From Eledone cirrhosa (lineage: Eukaryota): a DNA stretch of 64,000 bases. The translations under genes and the position numbers were made by a program. How positions within the stretch are numbered: the first letter of the stretch is position 1; each line of letters starts with the position of its first letter. The notes beneath the pieces were generated by a model that made no database searches, had not been told where the DNA came from, and saw nothing but the letters and a program-made list of their open reading frames with translations. Positions 1 through 16,345 of this stretch are shown piece after piece. The stretch lies in NCBI GenBank assembly GCA_964016885.1, contig OZ024740.1, positions 265,732,001 through 265,796,000 of the forward strand, read 5' to 3'.

Positions 1-155
1 AATACAAGATTAAACACTATATTATTAAATGCAAGGGTCATGAAGAACCTACATCAGTTATGAACGTATCCACAAGATGCAGGTTTTGCAAAACTAAGAT
101 TTTAATTCAATATATCAATTACAAACACCGTCATTTTTTCACAAGAGTACACTAG

Positions 156-220
<65 letters not shown>

Positions 221-407
221 ATATATATATATATATATATACATATGTTCAGTAGAAGACTGGGTAGATACCTCTCTCATAACATAACAACAACAAATTC
301 ATAAATTACATCATGGATTGCATAAGAGAACCGTTAAAATGGTTATTATGAATAACCGATTCATGTAACATCAGCATCTTTCTTAATCTTTACCTACTCA
401 CTTTAAT

Positions 408-480
408 GTCCCTATTGCAGTTTCATTAGGAAAATAACTCTGAGTACAGTATCGCGTGAAATCATAAATCATCAGGAGAC
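408..480 (-). ncRNA. Type I minimal hammerhead ribozyme (PLE pLTR-type), partly degenerate
   Basis: Minus strand reads GTCTC CTGATGA [44 nt, weak stem II] GAAA CTGCAA TA GGGAC. Stem I GTCTC/GGGAC pairs and stem III is near-palindromic. Confidence 0.6.
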
Positions 481-1350
481 TTTCTCTGTCAAGAATTAAA
501 ATTCACGACAAGAATTCCCAACCGTTCGTGGTCAGTGAAAATTTCGAATGAAATGACTGTCACGTGGTATCTGACCAGCAGGGGGTAGTAAAGCGGACGG
601 TGGTAGGCAACGTGCTACTAAAACTTAGTACCGACACCGCCAAATTTTCACTCCACCATAGGGGAATGTATTATATATTAAACGGAGAAGAATGCCTATC
701 TCTACACGAGTATAGATACAGGTATCGATACATACATAGAGAGTGTCCAACTTATACCGAGTTTGGTTCTATGAAAGAGTTATTCAAATTAACAGATTCA
801 GAGCTTAATAATATCAAATATGGAAAAAGCAAACAACTTAAGAAAAAATTTTACCTACTCACTTTCTCTAACGGAGAGAGAGGGGGGAATATATAATATG
901 GGTGAGAACGGCAAAAATAGCATAGAAAGAAACACCGGATGGTTCATAAGAAAGGAAATAAGACTGACAGAAGTATGAATATCGATGTTATGCAGGCAAA
1001 GGATGTCGACAATTGTAGATAAACAAGTTACTGACAGCAGCTAGATATTTCTAAATTTTGTATTTTGAATTTGCTATTTCTTTCGAAATTTTGGCGTTCG
1101 GTATTTTGTATTGAAAAAACGTTAAGTAATGAAAAATGAAAGTATTTAAAAAACAGAATTATTCGTTAATGAAACTATAGTGGCGGTGGTGGTGGTGGTG
1201 GCGGTGAGGTTGCTGCTGATGATAATGATCGTGATGATGATGTTGTTGATGTTGGTTACAACTATGATTAAAATCATATCAACCGTGAACAAACTACCTT
1301 TTTTAATATCTTGAGCTACAATGTCTAATCTTTTATGCTAATTCTAACAG

Positions 1351-1383
1351 GTGGCGCCACTTCAGAGAGGCACTCGTTTCATG
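1351..1383 (+). CDS. Candidate 33-nt frame-preserving microexon of an unidentified host gene
   Basis: ttttatgctaattctaacag|GTGGCGCCACTTCAGAGAGGCACTCGTTTCATG|gtatgt: branch-like CTAAT, AG acceptor, G|GTATGT donor, GC-richer than its flanks. Confidence 0.35.
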
Positions 1384-1449
1384 GTATGTAAAAGAATGTC
1401 TAATTATGTGTCTTTGTGTTTATGTGCTTATATATGTATATGTATGAAG

Positions 1450-1765
1450 ACGTCTGGTTTAGAAGTTAAGGTGTTCAGTTAACGATTAGCAGGTCGTGAG
1501 TTCGATTCCCGGTGCCGGATTGAAGCCTTGGGCAAGGCATATTGTTTCCCATAGCTCCAGTCTTCTAAGCTCGAGAAAATGAGCTGTAGAAGTGATTCAA
1601 TTGGCCTTCTTTGTCATGTAATGTAACCCTGAATCTTTTTCTGAGAACTACATAATGGGTGCACGTGTCTGTAAAGAATTATGTCAATTGCATATTAATC
1701 TCCAGAGCACACTGTTCTATCAATCAGATTACCTAGAAAAATGGTTGTCGGAACCGACGGAGATC
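1450..1765 (+). mobile_element. tRNA-derived SINE (diverged)
   Basis: B-box GAGTTCGATTCCC near 1498-1510, followed by a CCTTGGGCAAGGCA motif typical of SINE central domains; ends in (CA)/(TA) repeats. Confidence 0.6.
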
Positions 1766-2239
1766 CAACACACACATATATATATATGCATATGTGCGTG
1801 TGTATGCAGCTTTGTATGAATGTCAGTGTGAATGTGAATGTGTCTGTGTGTGTTTTGATGTGCTGTTTGAATAAATACACTGAAATAACAGGTTGGGAGA
1901 GAGAAAACGGGCAGTTGTCACTTGAAATAGCAATCAATTGAAGCAACAACGCTATTGCTAGCAGAGATAAAAGTTTTTAGTTACTTAAAAGTCGTTAATT
2001 CAGACGAATGACACACTTACGGCTGGATGGGTAACTTAATTCTATCAACGTATTTTACTGCAAAAATACCTGCCGGCAGTGTGTTTGTAAATATTTTCGT
2101 AGACTGTGCATATTAAATATCTCTGTTGTTTTCTTATCTTATTTGCCGCAGGGAACAATAAGCCAGGAGAAATTATTTCACACACTGTCACATGTATTCA
2201 CAAATACTCATACACCAGCACAGATAGATACAGACACAC

Positions 2240-3447
<1,208 letters not shown>

Positions 3448-3959
3448 TCACAAACACTCATAGGTACTCTCACGCTTAGCTATGTATTTGATTGTGTGTT
3501 TATGTACTCTTTGTGTACGTTCATGTGTTTGGGTATTTGTGTATATATATGTCTGTATGGCAATGCATTGAACAAACCAAGAAAACGCCTAGGCAACGCT
3601 TTAGGCATCAGTCTAATTTTTTACGATCCAAAAATTGACATTTAATGTAATTATCGTTAACACTAAAAATGAAAATCAGTTTATGATTTTAAATAACAAA
3701 ATATGCAAAACAAGAACAATAAACAAAACAAAAGTAGTAATGATTTTGCAATTTGCCACAAGAATCGAAATCTAGAGCGAAGTATGCAGTCTATATAATA
3801 CTTCTCAGTACTTTACTACTTATTTCCTTGATTTCGATGTGAATTGAACATAGAACGTGACTCCAAGCCACAAAGTATTTCGTCTGGCGTTTCAGTCGTA
3901 CCTCACAGACAAAACACTAATAATTGTAGGAGAAGGCTTAGTCGGTTAAATTTACATAT

Positions 3960-4006
<47 letters not shown>

Positions 4007-4009
<3 letters not shown>

Positions 4010-4128
4010 AAGGAAATGTGGTAAGGAACCAGGTGGAACATAACGCACCAAAGTACTCAATAGTTAGGGTAGTAGAGTGGGTAATAGGAACGAGTAGGAC
4101 CCCGACGACTGAGCTCAAGCCGTCGATA
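4007..4128 (-). mobile_element. 3' tail fragment of the PLE pLTR family ending at 18530
   Basis: Reverse complement of about 18410-18530 (..gagctc..gtcgggg..ctattacccactctactaccctaa..ggttccttaccaca), flanked by (TA)n. Confidence 0.85.
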
Positions 4129-4299
4129 TATATATAAATATATATATATATTTCCCATATCTTATGTTAACTATTTTCCCATTTTGACGCTATAGTCACA
4201 TATATGTTATGTATTACTGTTAGCATCTCGCTACAACAATTTCTATACTTTTCATTTATATATATATATATATAATGATTTCTTACATAGAGGAGAGGA

Positions 4300-4438
4300 A
4301 AGTCGCTTAAATCGACCCGTAAGGATGAAAGGCAAAGCTAACAACAACAGAATTTGAATTTAGAATATAAAGGGCCGTAACCTTATGCCATAAAGCATGT
4401 TGTCCAAAGCTCTACTAATACTGACAATCCACCACCCT
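4300..4438 (-). mobile_element. SINE of the same family as 35596 (Nin/Deu-like domain)
   Basis: atcgacccgtaaggatgaaaggcaaag...aatttgaatt matches the 35596-35772 copy. Confidence 0.7.
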
Positions 4439-4452
4439 ATATATATATATAT

Positions 4453-4623
4453 AACGAAGGAAATGTGGTAAGGAACCAGGTGGACCATAACGCACCAAAG
4501 TACTCAATACTTAGGGTAGTAGAGTGGGTAATAGGAACGAGTAGGACCCCGACGGCTGCGCTTTTTTAGTCCAGAATTAGCCGTCGAAAGGGCTTGAGCT
4601 CAGCCGTCGGGGTCCTACTCGTT

Positions 4624-4628
<5 letters not shown>
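4453..4628. mobile_element. Asymmetric palindrome of the same PLE 3' end in (TA)n
   Basis: ataggaacgagtaggaccccgacggctg / cagccgtcggggtcctactcgttcctat inverted pair, with an unpaired tail of about 75 nt on the left. Confidence 0.85.
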
Positions 4629-4664
<36 letters not shown>

Positions 4665-4708
4665 AAACATATGTATATATATATGTGTGTGTGTGTGTGT
4701 GTGCGTGT

Positions 4709-4795
4709 TCATTTGATTAAGGCTAAATAGTGAGTCTAGTCACTTTGGAGTTTCACCAGAGTAACAAGACACACAATTTAGCCTTAATAAAATGA
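4709..4795. repeat. Imperfect hairpin with arms of about 40 bp between microsatellites
   Basis: tcatttgattaaggctaaatagtgagtctagtcactttgg / ccagagtaacaagacacacaatttagccttaataaaatga. Confidence 0.8.
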
Positions 4796-4812
4796 TTATA
4801 TAAATATATATA

Positions 4813-4878
<66 letters not shown>

Positions 4879-5545
4879 ATAGGTATAAGTAGTTGACGAG
4901 CGAGATAAATATTTATATACTGTATATATATATTCAGCCTTCAGTCTGATATGAACATTCTCCTTATTTTTACATAGTTCGATTTATTTTTTTGTTGTTT
5001 GCTATACTGTATTTATTTTCTATTTGAAAGCACACTGGTAGAGTGCTTTTAGCAATAGTCATATTTTTTCAATGTGAATTTGTTTTACATGATTCACTGT
5101 TCATTGATCAGGCCTGGCTTAACTCCTCTTTGATGTGACGGGTGCAGGGTTTGCTGCTACGTGAAGTTTTTACTGCTACAACCACTTCCCACTAGCAACT
5201 GAGCGTGTGGCATGCCATTTTTAATTTTCCTTCACAGGGAGGCGAACTTCCACTCAAGGACCGACCCACGCCTGATTACGTAATATGTACTATCACTACC
5301 TAATATCCTGCACATAGCTGTACCTTCAGTGCACTGCCATAAGATTGGGACCACAGAAACTGTTGCAGCAGTCCGGATACCTTAACAACTTGCCGACACG
5401 AACTCATCTTCCTCCCTGATTAACGAAAGTGTTCACTCTGGCCAGCAGGGTTCAATTTTAAATATACGAACTTAATTGATCATTGAGTGAGGAAACGACC
5501 GAAGCTATGTGCATACTAATCGACTTGCTTCATCTCTTAATTCAT

Positions 5546-5662
<117 letters not shown>

Positions 5663-5771
5663 GGTATGACCCCGACGACAGAGCTCAAGTTTCGACGGCT
5701 ATTTCTGGACTATAAATAGATAGATAAGTTGACGGGACTAGCATAAGGTTTCTCTGCTAATACCGGTTGCA

Positions 5772-5857
<86 letters not shown>

Positions 5858-5951
5858 TTATATATATGTATGTATATATACATATATATATATATTCATA
5901 TATGTATATATACACACGCACACATATATATATATATATGTCTCTGTCTGG

Positions 5952-6120
<169 letters not shown>

Positions 6121-7252
6121 TAGGGAGAAAACCAATAAGAAAAACAATACACAATGTGGTACAGATTGATAATATTAGTTTAACGCTCAGATGAGATAAG
6201 AAGCCAATACATAACGTTCCAGCCTACACCATCCGGCATATGATAAAGTGAGGTCTTCTTAATGCGTATGAGACTGTTGCTGTTTCAGGTTGTTGTCGTT
6301 CGCCTGATCGAGATTAGAGATCAATGATTAGTTTCTAAGTAGATACCTGTAGGAAAGTAGGATAAAAACGAATGTAGGAAAATCGTTTACATACAGTGTC
6401 TATATATTTGCTAAAATATATATGTGCTATAGTAAAGGTTAATAAGTTAGTTTCAAGACATGAAAGGTGTGCTTTTAAGAGTTCTTATAATAAAGACAGA
6501 TCGATGCCTATGGGAGGTAGGTTGGTTTGGAGGCACACAGTTCGTGAGTTCATTGCAGCGGGGTAGGAAGTGTGTAAACAAAAAATAAATATGTATATAT
6601 TTATATATTCATGTATAAAATTAATCCTAAAACTTTCGTTACATTTGCGTAAGAATCGGCTTCAGTAAATTACAAGCTACAGTAATTTATTCATAAGTAT
6701 AACTCACTGACTACAAAAGTTTAATGTTTAAATGAAATATAGAATTAACAATCCTAAGGTTTTCGCCTCCTCAAATGGATACAAAGGTAAACCAAATGTG
6801 TTATTTTAAAATACAGCTCTGTTTAGCTTACCATCATCCATCAATTATTTTGACGGAAATGAGAAGGATGCAATATTACCTGGAGATGAAATTAAGTTAT
6901 ACTCGGCAACAGGTGCAGGTGATGTTTTTCTAAACTCATGTAGACAGGCTTTCTTGTATATATTGAACTCTCCCAAAAAGTTAAGAAATCCATTATATTA
7001 TCTATCGATTAAAATGGGAACATAAGTTATGTCAAATATTGCAGGTCTACATCTTTGTCTTCACACATCAGCAAAGGAAACATATCCCGTTCTTTGCAGA
7101 ACGTTACTTGCTAACTGATACGAACCTCAAGATGTTTTACATTACTAAGACAATATATATATATATAAATATAATAAAGATTCATAGACTCTGCTAACGT
7201 ATTGAGTAACTTTTTTAATTGTGGTCACGTCCCGATATGCATTGGGAACTAA

Positions 7253-7906
<654 letters not shown>

Positions 7907-8029
7907 GGAGGAGTGCTTATATATTTTTATTCCGTTAGTAAAATATGGATTATTTTGAATAAATGAATGGATATTACATCATTTATGTACTAAATTTCAT
8001 AACTCTTGATTAAACATAAATAATTTTAT

Positions 8030-8319
8030 TGCTATCATGGCTATGTGTATGTGTGTGTTTGTGTAAATGTATATGTGTATGTGTGTGTTTGTGTGAATGT
8101 ATGTATGTGTTTGTGTGAAAGTATGTGTATTTATGTGAATGTATATCCGTGAGTGTGTAATTTTGTAAGTTTGTCTTTGTTATAGATATAACACAGACAA
8201 ACTTACAAAAATACACACTCACGGACAAACATTCACATAAATGCACATACTTTCACACAAACACACACATACACATATACATTTACACAAACACACACAT
8301 ACACATAGCCATGATAGCA
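8030..8319. repeat. Near-perfect 290-bp palindrome of GT-rich degenerate repeat
   Basis: tgctatcatggctatgtg...tgttata ga tataaca...cacatagccatgatagca; centre near 8185. Confidence 0.9.
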
Positions 8320-8564
8320 GGGAGGTTAAAATGAAGTATAACGTTTTATTTATTTATTTATTTATTAACATCACGGTTTAACTCTCTTTTCTTTTAAACT
8401 CATTTGTTGTTACATGTTTATTCACAGTTGTATAAAAATATAATAATATGATGCTTGCAGAACGAAAACCCAAACAAATATAATACATGCAATGGAAAGG
8501 GAAAGGAAAAAAAAAAAGAAAGAGAAAAAACACACAAGCAGATAATACCCACTTCTAGGACTAC

Positions 8565-8752
8565 GATTTTGTTCCGTTCGACTGCAGATGCTGCAGCTTT
8601 CGTCTTTACCGCTACATCCAGGATGTAGAAAGAAACAAAAGAGTCACTAACTGTGATGTCCCAGATAAAAGCACCTGCCCCTTGACCAGTGGTACAGGGT
8701 AAGACTGTCAGGTTGTTTCCCATCAATTCTGGACAACCCAGATGGCTCTAAA
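8565..8752 (-). pseudogene. Fragment of the restriction-like endonuclease (RLE) domain of a CRE/R2-group non-LTR retrotransposon
   Basis: Translates as LEPSGLSRIDGKQPDSLTLYHWSRGRC, then after a frameshift IWDITVSDSF..AAASAVERNK. This matches the EPxGLxRxDGKRPD..WDxT..AA..E.K pattern. Confidence 0.75.
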
Positions 8753-9194
8753 ATTTAGGGGATGTCTTTTTAAGTTAGAGGCATATATATATGTGTGTAT
8801 TCCGTTCCTCCTTTTACACACATACACACATTGTGTGACGGACAGAAGTCCCCCAAATTTATATACATGTGAATGCAGTTCTACTGAATCAGATATAGAA
8901 GTTCAACTATCTCGGCGCTGTGTTCATGAGGGATGAAGGCATGAGGCTGAATTAAGTACAAGAATTGCAAAAGCTGATGCAGTAATGCACCAGCTTCAGC
9001 ATATCAAAAGATAGGTAGGTGTAAAAGGACGTTTTCGGCTCTAAGTAAATAGCTAAATATTTCTTTACCTTATTCGCTTTCCCCAAATATATATATATAC
9101 ATATATGTAGGAGGTGAGTTTTATTGTAGTACAATATGTTGATTTAAAACTGCACTATCCATAAATGTTTTTTAGCCTTCATATCATGTCCTCC

Positions 9195-9265
9195 TGTTTT
9201 ATCTGATGAAAACACAAATATTATTGCATGATGATGTTTGTTTTTGAAATGCGCATAATAAAATA
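9195..9265 (+). ncRNA. Type I hammerhead ribozyme, intact core
   Basis: TGTTTTAT CTGATGA AAACACAAATATTAT..ATGATGTTTGTTTTT GAAA TGCGCA TA ATAAAATA: 8-bp stem I and palindromic stem III. Confidence 0.85.
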
Positions 9266-9282
9266 CATGGAACTCCTATATA

Positions 9283-10732
9283 TATAAACGGAAAAAATGA
9301 AACGAAATTTCATTTCTCGCTCTTAGTACGGCTGATACTTAAATATAAGTATGTATACGTACATACATATATGTATACAGACGTACAGTAGTATATATAT
9401 ATATATATATATACATACATGCACACATATATATATATGTACGTCTGGATTCACCGAACATTTATTATAATGCTAGTTGTGTTTGTAAACAAACATCCCG
9501 AATTAAGCCGTACATTGTCTAGCAACCATCGTTGCTCATTTGTTCAACACTGACAAAGGAAGGCTTTACTAGTTTCAAGCTTATTAGCTATCGTCAGCAA
9601 CGTATACCTTCCTGACAGATGATTGAACGTCTGAAAGTATATACTTTCCCTATGCATATTAACGGTTGAGTAGCCTAATTTGCATGTCGAGTGAGTTAAT
9701 CGGCCGAGCGCACCGAAAACGATAAACGGGAAAAATGAAACGAAATTTCATTTCTCACTCTTAGTACGGCTGTTACATAAATATAGGTATGTATACGTAC
9801 ATACATATATGTATACAGACGTACAGTAGTATGTATATATATATACATATATTGCACACATATATATATGTACGTATGGATTCACCGAGTGAGAAATGAA
9901 ATTTCGTTTTCATTTTTTCCGTTTATCGTTTTCGGTGCGCCCGGCCGATTAACTCACTCGATATGTAAATTAGGCTGCTCAGCCGTTAATATGTATAAGG
10001 AAAGTATATACTTTCAGACGTTCAATCATTTGGCAGGAAGGTATACGTTGCTGACGATAGCTAATAAGCTTGAAACTAGTACAGCCTTCCTTTGTCAGTG
10101 TTGAACAAATGAGCAACGATGGTTGCTAGACACTGTACGGCTTAATTCGGGATGTTTGTTTACAAACACACCGAGCATTATAATAAATGTTCGGTGAATC
10201 CATACGTACATATATATATGTGTGCATGTATGTATATATATATATACATGCTACTCTACGTCTGTATACATATATGTATGTACGTATACATATTTATATT
10301 TAAGTAAGTGCCGTACTAAGAATGAGAAATGAAAATTCGTTTCATTTTTTCAGTTTGTCGTTTTCGGTGCGCCCGGCCGATTAACTCACTCGATATGCAA
10401 ATTAGGCTGCTCAGCCGTTAATATGCATAAGTAAAGTATATACTTTCAGACGTTCAATCATCTGGCAGGAAGGTATACGTTGCTGACGATAGCTAATAAG
10501 CTTGAAACTAGTACAGCGTTCCTTTGTCAGTGTTGAACAAATGAGCAACGATGGTTGCTAGACACTGTACGGCTTAATTCGGGATGTTTGTTTACAAACA
10601 CACCGAGCATTATAATAAATGTTCGGTGAATCCATACGTACATATATATATATGTGCATGTATGTATATATATATATATACATACTACTGTACGCCTGTA
10701 TACATATATGTATGTACGTATACATACTTATA
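9283..10732. mobile_element. Retrozyme/pLTR-like array of a unit of about 435 bp: 1.4 copies minus, then about 2 copies plus, one HHR per full unit (9563-9603 -, 10045-10085 +, 10477-10519 +)
   Basis: Unit repeats at 9283/9722 and, inverted, at 9889/10321. HHR reads ACGTTG CTGACGA TAGCTAATAAGCTT GAAA CTAG TA CAGCGT. Confidence 0.85.
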
Positions 10733-10741
10733 TATATATAT

Positions 10742-11014
10742 AAACGAAGAAAGTGTGGCAAGGAATCAGGTGGAACATAACGCATCAGAGTACTTGATAC
10801 TTAGGGTAGTAGAGTGGGTAATAGGAAAAGAGTCAGGACCCCGACGGATTGTTTGATATGATACTACTACTATGTCTTGATTTCATGCCCATATATGGAC
10901 TGTACCCCTGTGAAGTTCAATTAGGTCAGTACCGTCCTCACACTACTGGTTTAGTTCGGATCTAGCTGTTGAAACGGCCGGGGCTCAGCTGTCGGGGTCT
11001 TGACTCTTTCCCTA
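10742..11014. mobile_element. Asymmetric inverted PLE 3'-end insertion (18530 family variant)
   Basis: ggaaaagagtcaggaccccgac / gtcggggtcttgactctttcc inverted pair, with the same tail as 4453. Confidence 0.75.
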
Positions 11015-11024
11015 TATATACATA

Positions 11025-11572
11025 TTGAGTATATGTTGGTTCTTTACCGACACCTCTGTATGCAGATTGGAGCACTCGACGAAGTACGCAGGTTAGGTTG
11101 TCCGGATTAATGTAAAATAATTAAGTCAAATATGTAAAATTTGGCTTCGTTTATTATAAATTATAGATATACTGCTATATATATTTCGGTGACAGCCATC
11201 ATTGGCTGTGACCCCTTCAGGCAGTCCGAATTGATGTGGGAAGGGCAGGTACACATGTTGTTGAAGTGTGTTTTACTCCGTCAATACATCGATATGTCCA
11301 GGTCCTGGTTGTGTTGTTATTCCTCTGCGGAACTGGAATCATTTGGTTCCAGTCCCTCAGAGAAATAGCAACACAACCAGGATCTGGACATATCGATATA
11401 TTGACGGAGTAAAACACACTTCAACAACATGTGTACTTGTCTTTCCCACACCAATTCGGACTGCCTGAAGAGGTCACAGTCAATGATGGCTGTCACCGAA
11501 ATATATATAGCAGTATATCTATAATTTATAATAAACGAAGCCAAATTTTACACATTTGACTTAATTAATTTA
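11025..11572. mobile_element. Asymmetric palindrome (arms of about 230 bp, centre near 11342) with two HHRs: 11171-11225 minus (A9G) and 11460-11514 plus (intact)
   Basis: ACTGC CTGAAGA GGTCACAGTCA ATGA TGGCTGTCACC GAAA TATATA TA GCAGT. The mirror ORFs 11141+ and 11317- in the track reflect the palindrome. Confidence 0.9.
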
Positions 11573-11951
11573 TATATAAATATATATATAAATTTAAATT
11601 GTAGAGGGAATGAGTTGACTTAACCAAAATGAAAACGTCCATTATTTGTTCCGTTTGAAACCTGTTATTCACTTTATTCCACGTTCCTTCGGTACTTTGA
11701 AATAATTAGTTTTCTAAAACATAGGTCAACCCATGCTTTGTTAGGAAACATATCGGATGGACTGTATCTGTAACTCAAGACGTATTTATTGTGGCACACT
11801 GTATCTCGCTGAATCCCCCTCAAAGTATACATATATATGGAATGCTCGGTCACATGGATGTATTTATGTATGCAAGTACATATATACGTATGTATGTATA
11901 TATACAAGTACATATATACGTATGTATATATGTATGTGTGCATGCATGTAT

Positions 11952-11984
<33 letters not shown>

Positions 11985-12090
11985 CATGTATTTAGGCATA
12001 TACATATATGTATGCATGTGTATATATATATGTGTATGTGTCTGTCTGTCTATGTGTGTGTGTGCACGTATGTATGCATGTTTACATGTA

Positions 12091-12136
<46 letters not shown>

Positions 12137-12141
<5 letters not shown>

Positions 12142-12541
12142 GGAAAAGAATGAAACGAAATTTCTTTCTCACTCTTAGTACGGCTGATACCTAAATATAA
12201 GTATGTGTACGTACATACATATATGTGTACAGACGTACAGTCGTATGTATATATATATACATACATGCACACATATATATATGTACGCATGGGTTTACCG
12301 AACATTTATTATAATGCTCGGTTTGTTTGTTTGTAAACAAACAAACAGCCCGAATTACGCCGTACAAAAGGGCGACGATGGTTGCCGAACACTGTACGGT
12401 GTAATTCGGGCTGTTTGTTTACAAACAAACCGAGCATTATAATAAATGTTCGGTAAACCCATGCCTACATACATATATGTGTGCATGAATGTATATATAT
12501 ACATACTACTGTACGTCTGTACACATATATGTATGTACGTA

Positions 12542-12546
<5 letters not shown>
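12137..12546. mobile_element. Asymmetric palindrome of the 435-bp family 3' end (does not reach the HHR)
   Basis: Arms centred near 12378; the right arm stops at 'tacttatat', as at 10730. Confidence 0.85.
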
Positions 12547-12593
<47 letters not shown>

Positions 12594-12620
12594 CACACAT
12601 ATATATATATATATATATAT

Positions 12621-13623
<1,003 letters not shown>

Positions 13624-13639
13624 GTGTATGTATGTATAT

Positions 13640-14672
13640 GTGGGAATTGTGTATGTACATGTGCGTGTATATCCATACAATTCGATTGCACTTATGTATA
13701 ATGATTATCCCAAGATTCGTGACAGATGGACATATAATAACAGCCATAAATACATAACAGGTAATCTTATAAAACTTATATAAAAAATTTTGTTTAATAA
13801 CATAAAGTGTATATAACATAAAATTTCCTTTAATATCTTAACAATTATAACAGTTTATAAGATTCCTATATCTTAAATTAAATTAAAGGATCCTTTATGT
13901 TTTGTATGTATATATTATATACGTAGTTAGATATATATATGTATTTTATAAGTGTGTATATATATTTATATGTATGTATTTTTGCTTGTGTATACGTGTC
14001 ATATAATATTTAGATCTTTAATAATATATGGATTTCTTAATATATAGATCCCAATTTTTTAATATATTGATCTCAATATTTAACTGATTAACTAAACCTC
14101 TAATCATATTTAAACAATGGTTAAATTTCTCATATTATATATGTTTATTCCATTTATGATTATTAACATTTCTAATTTTATTTATTCATTTCATCTCAAT
14201 TGTTAAGGTAACTCAATAAGATATGACTTAGAGTTTTCGTTCTCTCTCATTTTCTCTGTCTCCTCTATCTCTCTATATTTCTCTCTCTGTTGTTCTGCTC
14301 TTTCTCTCTCTTTCCTTCTCTATCTTTCTCTTTCTCCGTAACCCAACGGCTTATTTTAAAAATATCCAATACTAATAATATAATTAAAGCTACAACTCCA
14401 CTATCCGGGAGCTTCCAACAGTAATGGTTGCATTCGTTAAGGGTATGTCAATAATTATTTATAAAACTGATCTATATTATATTTTATCTGATGAAAGCAC
14501 ACCATAATTTAACTTGGTGTCCTTGAAATATGTATAATGAAATAAATATGGTTTTATAAATATAGTTTCCATTTGTTAATATCTTTTTTACTCCAAATAT
14601 TTGTTGAGTGCTTTTGATCAGTTATAAAAATATTTGGTTGTTGTATCCCAACAATTTAAATAGAAATTTTAC
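13640..14672 (+). mobile_element. Non-coding PLE 3' region with an intact HHR at 14480-14544
   Basis: TATTTTAT CTGATGA AAGCACACCA..TGGTGTCCTT GAAA TATGTA TA ATGAAATA. 14420-14672 matches the 34941-35355 element. The 5' boundary is approximate. Confidence 0.8.
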
Positions 14673-14708
<36 letters not shown>

Positions 14709-14710
14709 AT

Positions 14711-14804
<94 letters not shown>

Positions 14805-15312
14805 TAATAATTATAATCGCAAAAATAACATTTTCTCTTCAGAAAAAGAGAAAGTAAGAGCGAAATACGAACACATTCATTCATTGTGACGCAACTTTCA
14901 CAGTTGGTATGCAGAGCAAAGTTACTAATTAAGTTTTCTTCGAAAAGCTATTAACAGCACCATTCGGAAGGATTGTGAATTGGGAGGCATAGTTTTATGA
15001 CTTACTAAAATAATGCATTATCAAGTTAACTGGCAGCAAAAGTTGTAAATTCCCTGTACGACATCTTGGTCATTTTTATTAAATAAAGCTATCTGACAAA
15101 ATTATCTTGAATGCAATATCTTGGAGGTAACAAAATTTTAAGATCACATTTGAGAGGAAAGAAACACCTTTTACATATTACGTTATTTACCTTCGTTTCT
15201 CTTATTATTTCCTGCAAAAATATATTGACTTATATAACAAAACGTATTCACTAACAGCATCAAAATCTGTCATTATTTATAAAAGCAAAATCGTATCAAA
15301 CATACACACACA

Positions 15313-15381
<69 letters not shown>

Positions 15382-15718
15382 ATGTGTGTGTGTGTATGTA
15401 TGTGTATGGGGGGGGGGTATATTCTCTTGTGTCGTTTCAACACTTTTCAATTCAATATAAAATAACATCTCTTCTATTCACTATCATTATTCCATTTGCT
15501 TGTTTATAATGAATAACTTGTGAAAGTATACCGTGAGCAAAAACTAAATAAATTGTATTAATTAAGAATGGAATGAAAAAGTTGAGAAACAAAAATCTTT
15601 TCACTTGCATCAGTAAATGCAATGTATATATATATAAACACACATATATGCACCAATGCGCACGCACACACACACATATATATATATATATGGCTGGAAC
15701 AGTTAAAAAAGTAAAAGA

Positions 15719-15816
<98 letters not shown>

Positions 15817-16233
15817 TCGTGAGTTTTATATCAAATAATAATAATATTCGATTCGTTTGCAAGTAAACAGCCTCAGTACGCTATGTTTTAGCGGTGACAG
15901 AGAGAAAGTTTCTATGAGATATCTAAAGAGTGATTGATAAGTTTTCGAAAGCCGGTACAATGCGGTAGATACATAATATAAAGAGCAAACGATGACAAAT
16001 AAAACAAAACAAAGTAATGTTTTACCGAGTATATTTCAACATGATATTTCAGGGCTATAACCTTTTCAAAAGTGTAGGTAAAACATGATTTTCTTTTGTT
16101 TGATATCTCATACTTTGTCCATCAAATATTTCTACCACTTTGCACTGGCATTTATTACGCAAACGCGCTCGTACGCACGCACGCACATATGCACGCACAA
16201 ACACAAACACAAGCTACCTATCTATCTATCTAT

Positions 16234-16323
<90 letters not shown>

Positions 16324-16345
16324 ATAGTGATAATACAAGGACGAT

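Noticed and set aside
564-896. 110-aa ORF
   Set aside because: GTG start in a eukaryote, no recognisable domain or splice context.
6640-7140. Possible decayed HHR (CTTATGA..GAAG) and PLE RT motif (IKMGT*VMSNIAGL)
   Set aside because: Too degenerate to support without alignment.
9610-9650. Antisense second HHR in the 435-bp unit (CAGATGA..GAAA GTATATAC)
   Set aside because: U4 is altered in the copies that show it, and there is no convincing stem II or stem I.
11141-11544. Paired near-identical 75-aa ORFs on opposite strands
   Set aside because: A by-product of the palindrome; no protein motif, and they overlap the ribozymes.
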